Below are positions 54,998 through 63,596 of a stretch of DNA of 64,000 bases, piece by piece. The stretch's first letter is position 1. Every line of letters begins with the position of its first letter. This DNA is from Polyangiales bacterium (lineage in GTDB: Bacteria; Myxococcota_A; Polyangia; Polyangiales; Polyangiaceae), in the NCBI GenBank assembly GCA_038230375.1, contig JBBRNJ010000011.1, positions 32,001-96,000 of the forward strand, given 5' to 3'. Made by a program: the position numbers and the translations under genes. The notes below the pieces were generated by a model. It made no database searches, had not been told where the DNA came from, and saw nothing but the letters and a program-made list of their open reading frames with translations.

Positions 54998-55666
54998 GTG
55001 AGGGCAGAGAGGCGACCGAGGCTCGGAGGCAGGAGCGCACGCGTCGTGAGGGACGTGCTCTCCGCCACCCTGGACGAGCTCTCCGAGCACGGCTTCGGCG
55101 CGCTCTCGATCGAGACCGTCGCTCAGCGCGCGCAGGTGAACAAGACGACGATCTACCGGCGATGGCCCACCAAGGAGGCGCTCGTGCGCGCCGCGTTCGT
55201 GGCATCGGCGGACGAGGCGCCGAGCCCGCCCACGGACGGGCCCGTCCGTCAGCTCCTGGTCGGGATCCTGGCCCGCGCCACGGACAAGCTCGCCACGCCC
55301 ACGGGCCGCTCGATCATGCGGATGATGGTCGCGGACGACGTTGCGCCGGAGCTCCTCGAGATCATGGAAATGGTGCGCGAACGCCGGCTCTCGTCGCTGC
55401 GTACGTCGCTCGAGCAGGCCAAGCTTCGTCGCGAGCTGCCGCGAGGCCTCGACGCCGAGCTGCTCTTCTCGATGCTCGTCGGAACGGTCTACTATCGGCT
55501 CTTCGTCCTGAAGAAAGCCGTGCCGCGGGCCTACATCGAGGACCTGGTCGATCTCACGCTCCTCGGCCTCACGACGGAGGCAAAAAAGAAGCGCCCCCGC
55601 GTCCGCAAAGCCCGCCCCACGACCCGAAAACCACGCCCGGAAGCGAGGCCAAGACGCCGCCCTTAG
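54998..55666 (+). CDS. TetR-family regulator, probable emrAB repressor
   Basis: GGRSARV, LSIETVAQRAQVNKTTIYRRWPTKEAL; divergent from the efflux operon. Confidence 0.92.
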   Translation: MRAERRPRLGGRSARVVRDVLSATLDELSEHGFGALSIETVAQRAQVNKTTIYRRWPTKEALVRAAFVASADEAPSPPTDGPVRQLLVGILARATDKLATPTGRSIMRMMVADDVAPELLEIMEMVRERRLSSLRTSLEQAKLRRELPRGLDAELLFSMLVGTVYYRLFVLKKAVPRAYIEDLVDLTLLGLTTEAKKKRPRVRKARPTTRKPRPEARPRRRP

Positions 55667-55809
55667 AAGGCCGGTGTTTTTCGTCGATCCCTTCGCGCTG
55701 GGCGCGTTTTTCGGTCCGGTGCGTGCTCACGACCGAGAGGTCGTTCCGCGCGCTCCTCCCGAGAAAACGCGTCCATCGCTCGGTCTCGACGAAAACCATC
55801 CGGCCTTCT
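55665..55809. repeat. ~145-bp palindromic intergenic element sharing a core with 41754-41952
   Basis: Arms AGAAGGCCGGTGTTTTTCGTCGA / TCGACGAAAACCATCCGGCCTTCT, a nested second inverted repeat, and core 55722-55752. Confidence 0.75.
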
Positions 55810-55994
55810 CGTGTGTCGCTCTCGCTCAGCTCGTCGCTGTTGCTCTCGCTTCGCTCGAGCACTGAGTGGACGCACAGCACTGTGGGTTGTTCAGTGGGTT
55901 GTTCGGCTACATAATAATTAGTAATAACAATGAGATAGTGGAAATCGACGCAGGAAATTGTACGGATGTTCAGTGCTGAACGTATAACACGGGC

Positions 55995-56303
55995 ATGCAC
56001 AACACTCTCACTGTCCTTCGGGCCATTGTTCGCCTCTCTCGCAGCCGCTCCAACATCACGCTCGACGCGCTGACGGAGCGCTCTGCGGGCACCCCGATGG
56101 AGACCCGCGTCGCGGTCCGCTTCCTCGTGGAGGAGGGCCTCGTGCTGCTCACCGATCGCGGTGTGCGACCCACGCTTCCGGGGCTCGCCATCGCCGTTGC
56201 ATCTGGCGCCACGCGGGCACGCAGCGATGTCGCGAACCGTGCCTCGTCCGACGCGCGTGGGAAGGTCGGCAAGAAGGTCGACCGGGCCCGCCGCGCAGCG
56301 TGA
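55995..56303 (+). CDS. Small hypothetical protein, possibly winged-helix DNA-binding
   Basis: 102 aa; ITLDALTERS...VAVRFLVEEGLV..RPT.G pattern; TATAAC 6 nt upstream. Confidence 0.6.
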   Translation: MHNTLTVLRAIVRLSRSRSNITLDALTERSAGTPMETRVAVRFLVEEGLVLLTDRGVRPTLPGLAIAVASGATRARSDVANRASSDARGKVGKKVDRARRAA

Positions 56304-56316
56304 TAACCATGGGCGC

Positions 56317-58155
56317 GTGACAGAGGCGGAGAAGACCTCCCTTCGCGAGGAGTACGTCCGCGCCAAGGAGGAACGACAGCAAGCCCTGTCGGCCCTGAAG
56401 GTGCGGGACCGCGCGGTGTCCATGGTCCGCGTCCTCTGCATCGCCGCCGCCGCCGTTGGCCTCGCGGTCAGCGTGTGGTCATCCGCTCCAGCCATCGGCA
56501 CGGCGCTCACCGTGGGCGGCGTCCTCCTCTTCATTGCGCTCGTCGTCGTGCACGTGAAGCTGGATGAGAAGATGCATCGCCTTGGCGCTGCGGTCGGCTA
56601 CTACGAGCGCGGCATGCTCCGCATCGACGGAGACCTGGGCAAGCTTCCGCGCACGGGCGAGAAGTACCTCTCCGCGAAGCATCCGTACGCGGACGATCTT
56701 GACGTGTTCGGCCCCCAGTCATTGTTCTCGCTCGTCGACTCCACGGAGACCTTGTTCGGCGAGGAGACGCTCGCGCGCTGGCTCAATGGCGAGTCCCATT
56801 CCAACGACGTGCTGCGCGCGCGGCAGGAGGCGATCCGTGACGCGGCCTCGCGCGGCCGTCTGCGTGAAGAGTTCGCCGTGACGGGCGCGCTGATCGGCGA
56901 GGACAAGCCGGATCCGCGGCCGTTCGTCGCGTGGGTCGCCAAGGAAGAGGGCGCGCTCCTTTCCCCGCCGTTCGTGCTCCTCGCGCGCGCGTGGCCAGTG
57001 GTGAACATCGCCGCGATCGCGCTCGGGCAGATGAAGCTCGTGCCCGCATGGGCGTGGGTCGCACCCGTGGTGCTGGGCGTCCTGGTGTCGCGCGTGGTCG
57101 GTGTCCGCACGCAGACAATCGTGCATGCTGCATCCACCAAGCAGTCCGGTCTTCGACGCTTCGCGACCCTCTTCTCGCTCCTCTCGCAGGAGAAGCTCGA
57201 GGCCGCGCATCTCAAGAAGCTCCAGGAGGAGCTGTCCCGCACGGGCGCCACTGCAAGCGTGGAGATGGACCGCCTCGGGCGCATCGTCGGCTTCCTGGAT
57301 GCCCGTGAAAATGAGGTGTTCAAGGCCCTCATCGCCCCGGCGCTCCTGTGGGATCTGAACTGCGCCATCTCGCTCGCGGCGTGGAAGAAGCGCGTCTCGG
57401 GTCAGATCACCACGTGGTTCCGCGTCCTCGGAGAGGTGGAGGCGCTCTTCTCGCTCGCAGCATTCCTGCGCGAGCAGGACGTGGTCTTTCCGGAGCTGTC
57501 CGACGAGAACGTCTACACGGCCGAGGTGCTCGGACACCCGCTCATTCCGCGCGCGCGCCGCGTCCCCAACGACGTGAGCCTCTCGCCGGCGCTGGTCGTG
57601 ACGGGCTCGAACATGAGCGGCAAGTCCACGCTGCTCCGCACGCTGGGCGTGAATGCCGTGCTCGCGCGCATGGGCGCACCGGTGTGCGCGAAGAAGCTCG
57701 TCATCGGGCCGCTGCAGATCGCCACCAGCCTGCGCGTGCGGGACTCCCTGGGCGACGGCGTGTCGCGCTTCTACGCGGAGCTCTCCAAGATCAAGCACGT
57801 CGTCGAAGCTACCCACAAGGGGCCCACGCTGTTCTTGCTCGACGAAGTGCTCGCAGGAACGAACGCGCGCGAGCGCATCGCGGGTGCAAAGGACATCGCA
57901 CGCGACCTCATCGATCACGGCGCCATAGGGGCGCTCTCCACGCACGATCTCGAGCTGTGCAAGCTGGCCCCCGACCTCGCGCCAGACGGCGAGAAATCAG
58001 GCACGCGCGTCGGCGTCACGAACGTCCACTTCGAGGAGCAGGTCAGCGGCGAGGTGATGACGTTCGACTACAAGCTGCGTCCCGGAGTCGTCACGACGAG
58101 CAACGCGCTCCGCCTGATGAAGGCGCTCGGTCTGCCGGTCGGCAAGGACCCGTAG
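56317..58155 (+). CDS. Membrane-anchored MutS-domain-V ATPase (MutS-related, not canonical MutS)
   Basis: GTG start at 56317 and N-terminal TM helices. YADDLDVFG, TGSNMSGKST, FYAEL, LLDE..GTN, STHDLEL, FDYKLRPG. Confidence 0.9.
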   Translation: MTEAEKTSLREEYVRAKEERQQALSALKVRDRAVSMVRVLCIAAAAVGLAVSVWSSAPAIGTALTVGGVLLFIALVVVHVKLDEKMHRLGAAVGYYERGMLRIDGDLGKLPRTGEKYLSAKHPYADDLDVFGPQSLFSLVDSTETLFGEETLARWLNGESHSNDVLRARQEAIRDAASRGRLREEFAVTGALIGEDKPDPRPFVAWVAKEEGALLSPPFVLLARAWPVVNIAAIALGQMKLVPAWAWVAPVVLGVLVSRVVGVRTQTIVHAASTKQSGLRRFATLFSLLSQEKLEAAHLKKLQEELSRTGATASVEMDRLGRIVGFLDARENEVFKALIAPALLWDLNCAISLAAWKKRVSGQITTWFRVLGEVEALFSLAAFLREQDVVFPELSDENVYTAEVLGHPLIPRARRVPNDVSLSPALVVTGSNMSGKSTLLRTLGVNAVLARMGAPVCAKKLVIGPLQIATSLRVRDSLGDGVSRFYAELSKIKHVVEATHKGPTLFLLDEVLAGTNARERIAGAKDIARDLIDHGAIGALSTHDLELCKLAPDLAPDGEKSGTRVGVTNVHFEEQVSGEVMTFDYKLRPGVVTTSNALRLMKALGLPVGKDP

Positions 58156-58157
58156 AC

Positions 58158-59231
58158 TCATCCTCCGATGGAGCGGATGGAGACGTGCTTGGCACTGTCC
58201 TCCGTGCAGCCGCGGAAGACCTCACCGTCTGGCTTCTGGCTCCACGCGCGTGCGATTTCTCGCGCGACCGCTTCCTTGCCGACGCTCGCGGCCTCGCGTG
58301 CGGACACGCCGTCCTCGGTCGCGAGGCAGGGGCGCAGCATGCCGTCGGCGGAGACGCGGAGCCGATCGCAGCCCTTGCAATACGTGTCTGTGGTGCCGGT
58401 GATGAAGCCGGCGCGCAGCGTGACGTCGTGGCGCGCGGCCACGTACTTCGCGGGGCCGCGGTTGGGCTCGCGCTCGGGAGTGACGTCGGTGAGCAGGTGC
58501 GCAAGGCGCGCGCGCATGTCGCTGTAGGGGACGACCTTGTCCTGCATGAGGGCGCCGTCGCCAATGCCCATGATCTCCAGGAAGCGAGGCGTCATGCCGC
58601 GCTCCCAGGCCCACAAGGCGAGCTGCGGTAGTTCGTCCTCGTTCTCGTCCTTCACGACGACCGTGTTCAGCTTCACCTCGTCGAAGCCCGCGCCGAGCGC
58701 TGCATCAATCCCGCGCAGCACCTTCGCGAGCGAGCCGCCGCGCGTGAGGCGCGAGAAGCGGTCCGCGTCGAGTGAGTCGATCGAGATGTTGATGCGTCGC
58801 AGGCCGGCCGCCCGAAGCGGCGCAGCGAGCACGTCCAGGCGCGTTGCGTTGGTGGTGAGCGCAACGTCGGAGAAGCCGGCGTCGGAGACGGCGCGGATGA
58901 ACGCGACCGGATCCGGATGCACGAGCGGCTCGCCGCCGGTGATGCGCACGCGCTCGATCCCGGCGGTCTTGAGGCCGGCGAGCATGGTCACGAACTCGGC
59001 GTGGCTCATGCGCGACTCGAGGTAGTCCTCGCTGCGCGACGGCCGGCAGTACACGCACGCAAGGTCGCAGCGGTCGGTGATGGAGATGCGCACCGACCGC
59101 GGGGCGACGCCAACGGCCACGCCCGGCGCGATCTCCGCGTCGATCCCGGAAGAGATCTCCGGCGTGCCGGATGTCACCAATTTGAAGCCGCGTGTGATTC
59201 CGCGGGTGTTGAGGACGGGGAGGGCGACCAC
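58158..59231 (-). CDS. moaA: GTP 3',8-cyclase MoaA (start uncertain, GTG 59231 or 59177)
   Basis: RISITDRCDLACVYC, TGGEPL, CKGCDRLR...PCL, C-terminal IGG. Confidence 0.93.
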   Translation of the reverse strand: MVALPVLNTRGITRGFKLVTSGTPEISSGIDAEIAPGVAVGVAPRSVRISITDRCDLACVYCRPSRSEDYLESRMSHAEFVTMLAGLKTAGIERVRITGGEPLVHPDPVAFIRAVSDAGFSDVALTTNATRLDVLAAPLRAAGLRRINISIDSLDADRFSRLTRGGSLAKVLRGIDAALGAGFDEVKLNTVVVKDENEDELPQLALWAWERGMTPRFLEIMGIGDGALMQDKVVPYSDMRARLAHLLTDVTPEREPNRGPAKYVAARHDVTLRAGFITGTTDTYCKGCDRLRVSADGMLRPCLATEDGVSAREAASVGKEAVAREIARAWSQKPDGEVFRGCTEDSAKHVSIRSIGG

Positions 59232-59277
59232 GATCGTGTTATATCCCGATACGCAGGCAACACCCCCGAGGTTTCGC

Positions 59278-59751
59278 GTGATCCGCATTGTCACCATCAC
59301 AGTCAGTGACACCCGCACCCCGGAAACGGACGAGTCTGGCCGGGTCCTGGGCGAGGAGCTATCGGCCTTTCAGCTCGTCCGTCACGAGATCGTGAAGGAC
59401 GATCCCCCGAAAATCGCGGCCCTTGTGGTCGGGATCGCGAAGAACCACGAGGCCGATGCCGTCATCCTCTCGGGCGGCACGGGCATCGCCCCGCGGGACC
59501 AGACCATGGACGCCCTGGCCAAGCTGTTCGACCGCGAGCTGCCCGGCTTCGGCGAAGCCTTCCGCCGCCTCTCATGGGACGAGATCGGGCCCAGGGCCAT
59601 CCTTTCGCGCGCCGCCGCCGGCATCGTCAACGGCTGCCTCGTGTTCGCGCTTCCGGGAAGCTCCAAGGCAGCGAGGCTCGGAGCCCGCGCGCTCATCGCG
59701 CCGATCCTCCCGCACGCCGTCGACCTGGTCGCAGGGAAGACCGGCCACTGA
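59278..59751 (+). CDS. moaB: Molybdopterin adenylyltransferase MoaB/Mog family
   Basis: ITVSDTR..DESG, GGTGIAPRD, PGFGE, SRA, FALPGS. Confidence 0.9.
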   Translation: MIRIVTITVSDTRTPETDESGRVLGEELSAFQLVRHEIVKDDPPKIAALVVGIAKNHEADAVILSGGTGIAPRDQTMDALAKLFDRELPGFGEAFRRLSWDEIGPRAILSRAAAGIVNGCLVFALPGSSKAARLGARALIAPILPHAVDLVAGKTGH

Positions 59752-59999
59752 TGCAGGTCACGCTCCTCTTCTTCGCGGCCGTGCGAGAGCTCGTCACCGA
59801 GGACGAAGTGAAGGTGGAGCTCCCCGCCGATGTATGTACAGTACAACAATTGGCGACGTGGCTGGAGGCGCGCTTCCCCGCGCTGCAAGGCCGCATGAAG
59901 AGCGTCCGCCTGGCAAGAAATGAAGCCTTCGCGGAGCCCACCGAGCCCCTCGAAGACGGTGACGTGATCGCCCTGATTCCACCCGTGGCCGGGGGCTAG
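59751..59999 (+). CDS. moaD: Molybdopterin synthase sulfur carrier MoaD
   Basis: MQVTLLFFA...DGDVIALIPPVAGG with C-terminal GG. Confidence 0.94.
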   Translation: MQVTLLFFAAVRELVTEDEVKVELPADVCTVQQLATWLEARFPALQGRMKSVRLARNEAFAEPTEPLEDGDVIALIPPVAGG

Positions 60000-60088
60000 A
60001 GGTCGAGGTCGAGGTCGAGGTCGAGGTCGAAGTCGAGGTCGAGGTCGAGGTCGAGGTCGAGGTCGAGGTCGAGGTCGAGGTCGAAGTC
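59999..60088 (+). repeat. Intergenic (GARGTC)15 tandem repeat
   Basis: 15 hexamers (13 GAGGTC, 2 GAAGTC) filling nearly the whole gap between the convergent moaD and moaE stops. Confidence 0.97.
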
Positions 60089-60091
60089 GCT

Positions 60092-60568
60092 TCAGTGCTT
60101 GTGGCCGTGGTGGCCGTGGTCGTCTTCGCATCTTGCGTCGACCCACCCGACCCACGCGGCGCCGTCGGGTCCTGTCTCTCTCTTCCAGATCGGGACGCGC
60201 GACTTGATGCGGTCGATGAGGGCCCGGCATGCGACGAATGCTTCGTGACGGTGGGGTGCGCTCGCGGCGCAGACGATCGCGATGTCGCCCACGCGCAGCA
60301 GCCCGAGCCGATGAAGCGCTGCGACCTTCGTGCCGGGGAGCTCCGCGGCAAGCTCGCTCGCGATGCGGCCCATCTCCTTCACGGCCATCTGTGCGTACGC
60401 GCTGTACTCCAGCGTCGCGACCTCGCGCCCTTCGTTCTCCATGCGCACCGCGCCCACGAAGACGGAGATGGCGCCGGCTCCGTCGTGGCTCACGAATCCC
60501 ACGGCCTCGTCCAGGCCCACGGGCGCGGGCCGAAGCGCAACCCAGTGCGTCAGCGCTCTCTGTTCCAC
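60092..60568 (-). CDS. moaE: Molybdopterin synthase catalytic subunit MoaE with His-rich tail
   Basis: GAISVFVGAVR, LEYSAY, HRLG, HRHEAF, VPIWKRE; tail DDHGHHGHKH. Confidence 0.94.
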   Translation of the reverse strand: MEQRALTHWVALRPAPVGLDEAVGFVSHDGAGAISVFVGAVRMENEGREVATLEYSAYAQMAVKEMGRIASELAAELPGTKVAALHRLGLLRVGDIAIVCAASAPHRHEAFVACRALIDRIKSRVPIWKRETGPDGAAWVGWVDARCEDDHGHHGHKH

Positions 60569-61056
60569 GTGCCGCTCCTTCCGCCGCTCTTGTGGTCCAG
60601 GCCGATCGTGATCGTCATCCCGCGGTCCACCGCCTTCAGCATGTCGTAGACGGTGAGCGCGGCGACGCTCGCGGCCGTCAGCGCTTCCATCTCCACACCG
60701 GTCCTGTCTCGCGCCTCGCAGGTGGCGACGATCTCGAATGCGTCCTTCGCGATCGTCACCTCCACCGCCGTCTTCGTGAGCGCGATCGGATGACACAGCG
60801 GGATGAGGAAGGCCGCCTGTTTTGACGCAGAAATGCCGGCGATCCGGGCGATCTGCGCCACGTCGCCCTTCTTCGCGTCGCCCCGCCTTGCAAGGTCGAG
60901 CGTCGCCTTCGCGGCTGTCACACGTGCCCTCGCGACCGCTTGCCGCGTGGTCACGTCCTTGTCCGAGACCGACACCATCCGCGCGCGCCCGCGTGCGTCC
61001 AGGTGGGTGAGCGAAGGCTTCTCCGTCGCGGTCTTTTGGGTGGTCCTTTTCGCCAT
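60550..61056 (-). CDS. moaC: Cyclic pyranopterin monophosphate synthase MoaC
   Basis: LTHLD..G.ARMV, KGDV, LIPLCHP, TGVEMEAL, YDMLKAVD, KSGGRSG. Confidence 0.96.
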   Translation of the reverse strand: MAKRTTQKTATEKPSLTHLDARGRARMVSVSDKDVTTRQAVARARVTAAKATLDLARRGDAKKGDVAQIARIAGISASKQAAFLIPLCHPIALTKTAVEVTIAKDAFEIVATCEARDRTGVEMEALTAASVAALTVYDMLKAVDRGMTITIGLDHKSGGRSGTWNRER

Positions 61057-61160
61057 GGCACCCTGCAACATACCGCTACTGGAGGCGGAATTCGCTCGTA
61101 TGATGAAGACTTCGAGGGGCGCGTGGCCGCTGCTTTGACTTATCCGAGGGAAGGGAACGC

Positions 61161-63596
61161 ATGAAACGAATCTTGTTCGCCTGCGCTGTCGTTTCGGTCG
61201 TGGCGGTGTCCGCGTGCTTCATCGACAACGGGGCGGCCACGCTCGCGCTCCCGGACGAGGGAGGCATCGGCGGTTCCACCCTTGGCGGCGTCGGCGCGAA
61301 GTGCGGCGATCTCACTCCATGTCGCCCCGGCCTCACCTGCAACGCGATGGTGTGCGCGCCGGGGCACTCGCTCCAGGATGGCGCCGCGTGCGTGATCAGC
61401 GCGGAGTGCAAGACCGGCGACTACTGCGGACCGAAGCGCACGTGCGTCCCGGCCGGCATGGGCCCAGCGGGTTCTTCGTGTCACTCCGATGGTGATTGCG
61501 CCTCGGGCCTTCGTTGCAACATCACCGGGCTCTCCGCCGTCTGCCAGCCAGAAGGCATGGGCGACGTGGGGGCCATGTGCAAGGTCAACGGCGACTGCTT
61601 CGGCGGCCTGTCGTGCACCGGCGGCGCATGCACCCCGCTTCCGCCTTCGTCCGGTGGAGTGCCGCTCGTGGTGCCCACCTGGAAAGGTGTAGACTGCACC
61701 GAAGACACCTCGCAGGGGTCCATCGCGTACTTCCGCGTGCCGCGCGGCACGAAGGACGACGGCGACTTCTTCCGCCTGCCGTTTCCCAGCGACGTGCGCA
61801 CCAAGGGAGGGCACCCGAGCCTCAAGAACTTCCCCTCCCCGGGCTCCGAGATCCTTGGCTACGACGTCGTCGACCGCTACGCGCGCTACGTGGAGACGGT
61901 CGCGGACGGCTACTACGCCTACACGTCGATGATCATGCGCTTCAACGAGGAGCCCGATCTGGGCACGCTGAGCGGCACCGGTGTCCTTCGCCTGGTCGAC
62001 CTCACGGCAACGCAAGACGTGGGCTTCCAGTGGTCCGCGACCACGGCGCGCAGCAACTACGTCTGCGCGAACTCGATCACCGCGCGTCCCCTCCTGGGTG
62101 CGCCGCTCGCGCCGGGCCACACCTACGCCTTCCTCATGTCGAACGCCGTGAAGACGAAGGCCGGCAAGCCGTTCGGCCCATCGTCGGACTTCAAGGCCAT
62201 GGTCGGCGCCGCTGCGCCCGCCGCGCCGCTCGATGTCCCGTATGCTTCGTTCAAGCCGCTGCGCGACTGGGCCGCTGCCAACAGCTACGATCTCACCAAG
62301 GCAATCAACGCGACGGTGTTCACGGTCGACAAGCCCGTGAACCTTGCGGCCGGTCTGCAGAAGGCCGTTGCCGCCGCCGCCGCGCCCGTCGCCACCAAGT
62401 GGATCAAGTGTGATGGTGTCGCGAAGTCTCCATGCGCCCAGGCAGACGGCGACCGCGCATGCCCCACCACGCTCGACCCTGCGTTCGACGAGCTCCACGC
62501 GCTCGTGTCGCTCCCGATCTTCCAGAAGGGGACGGCGCCTTACCTGAACCCGACGGACGGCGGCGACCTCGCGCCGGACGGCAGCGGCGTTCCCGCGCTC
62601 CAGCGCACGGAGAGCGTCTGCATGTCGCTCACCATCCCGAAGGCGTTCCCCATGCCCGCGGCTGGCTGGCCCGTCGTCGTCTATGCGCATGGCACTGGCG
62701 GCAGCTTCCGCAGCGCCATCAACGAGGGCGTCGCGAAGTCGCTCTCCAATATCGACACCATTGGCGGGCTCGCAGTCCTCGGGATCGACCAGGTCGAGCA
62801 CGGACCGCGCCGCGGCTCCTCCACCGCCACGCCTGACGACCTGTTCTTCAACTTCACGAACCCCGCGGCCGCGCGCGGCAACCCGCTGCAGGGCGCCGCA
62901 GACCAGATGAGCCTGGTCCGCTTCGCGACGGGGTTCGATCTCGCAGCCGGCTCTTCGCCCACGACCGCGGAGATCAAGTTCGGCCCCGTCCTCTTCTGGG
63001 GACACTCGCAGGGCGCGACCGAAGGTGGCATCGCCATGCCCTACACCGCAGGCGTCGCAGGCGTTTTGCTCTCTGGCGAAGGCGGAAGCCTCATCGACGG
63101 TCTGCTCGGCAAGCGCAGCCCGGTCGACATCGCGGACGTGCTCCCGTTCGTGCTGGAGGACACCAACATGAACGAAGGGCATCCCGTGCTCTCGCTCCTT
63201 CAGAACGCGATCGACCCGGCCGATCCGCTGAACCACGCCAGCGCCATGGCAGCCACACCCATCGCGATGGGCGCGGGCAAGAACATCTTCATGATCTACG
63301 GCCAGAAGGACACGTACGCGCCGAACATCACGCAGAACGTCTACGCGGTTGCCGCCGCGCTCGGCCAGGTCGCCGCGCAGAACCTGAGCTCGCCCGACAA
63401 GATCGGTGATGGGTCGACCAAGCCCGCGCCCTACGGCGGCAACGTTGGAACGCTCACCGCGGTGACGCGTCAGTATGCGCCGGGCCTCTACGACGGCCAC
63501 TTCGTCGCTTTCAAGAACGTGGACGCCCAGCGCGACCTGGCGCATTTCCTCTTCGACGCAGCGCAGGGGACCTCACCTATCCAGGTCGGGCGATGA
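61161..63596 (+). CDS. Large lipoprotein: Cys-rich repeats plus C-terminal alpha/beta-hydrolase (lipase-like)
   Basis: VSAC lipobox, about four C-x5-C-x2-G-x2-C repeats, PFPSD, VVYAHGTGG, GHSQG. Confidence 0.82.
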   Translation: MKRILFACAVVSVVAVSACFIDNGAATLALPDEGGIGGSTLGGVGAKCGDLTPCRPGLTCNAMVCAPGHSLQDGAACVISAECKTGDYCGPKRTCVPAGMGPAGSSCHSDGDCASGLRCNITGLSAVCQPEGMGDVGAMCKVNGDCFGGLSCTGGACTPLPPSSGGVPLVVPTWKGVDCTEDTSQGSIAYFRVPRGTKDDGDFFRLPFPSDVRTKGGHPSLKNFPSPGSEILGYDVVDRYARYVETVADGYYAYTSMIMRFNEEPDLGTLSGTGVLRLVDLTATQDVGFQWSATTARSNYVCANSITARPLLGAPLAPGHTYAFLMSNAVKTKAGKPFGPSSDFKAMVGAAAPAAPLDVPYASFKPLRDWAAANSYDLTKAINATVFTVDKPVNLAAGLQKAVAAAAAPVATKWIKCDGVAKSPCAQADGDRACPTTLDPAFDELHALVSLPIFQKGTAPYLNPTDGGDLAPDGSGVPALQRTESVCMSLTIPKAFPMPAAGWPVVVYAHGTGGSFRSAINEGVAKSLSNIDTIGGLAVLGIDQVEHGPRRGSSTATPDDLFFNFTNPAAARGNPLQGAADQMSLVRFATGFDLAAGSSPTTAEIKFGPVLFWGHSQGATEGGIAMPYTAGVAGVLLSGEGGSLIDGLLGKRSPVDIADVLPFVLEDTNMNEGHPVLSLLQNAIDPADPLNHASAMAATPIAMGAGKNIFMIYGQKDTYAPNITQNVYAVAAALGQVAAQNLSSPDKIGDGSTKPAPYGGNVGTLTAVTRQYAPGLYDGHFVAFKNVDAQRDLAHFLFDAAQGTSPIQVGR

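Noticed and set aside
56317..58155. Canonical mismatch-repair mutS
   Set aside because: Too short, has TM helices and lacks the N-terminal mismatch-recognition domain, so no gene symbol was assigned.
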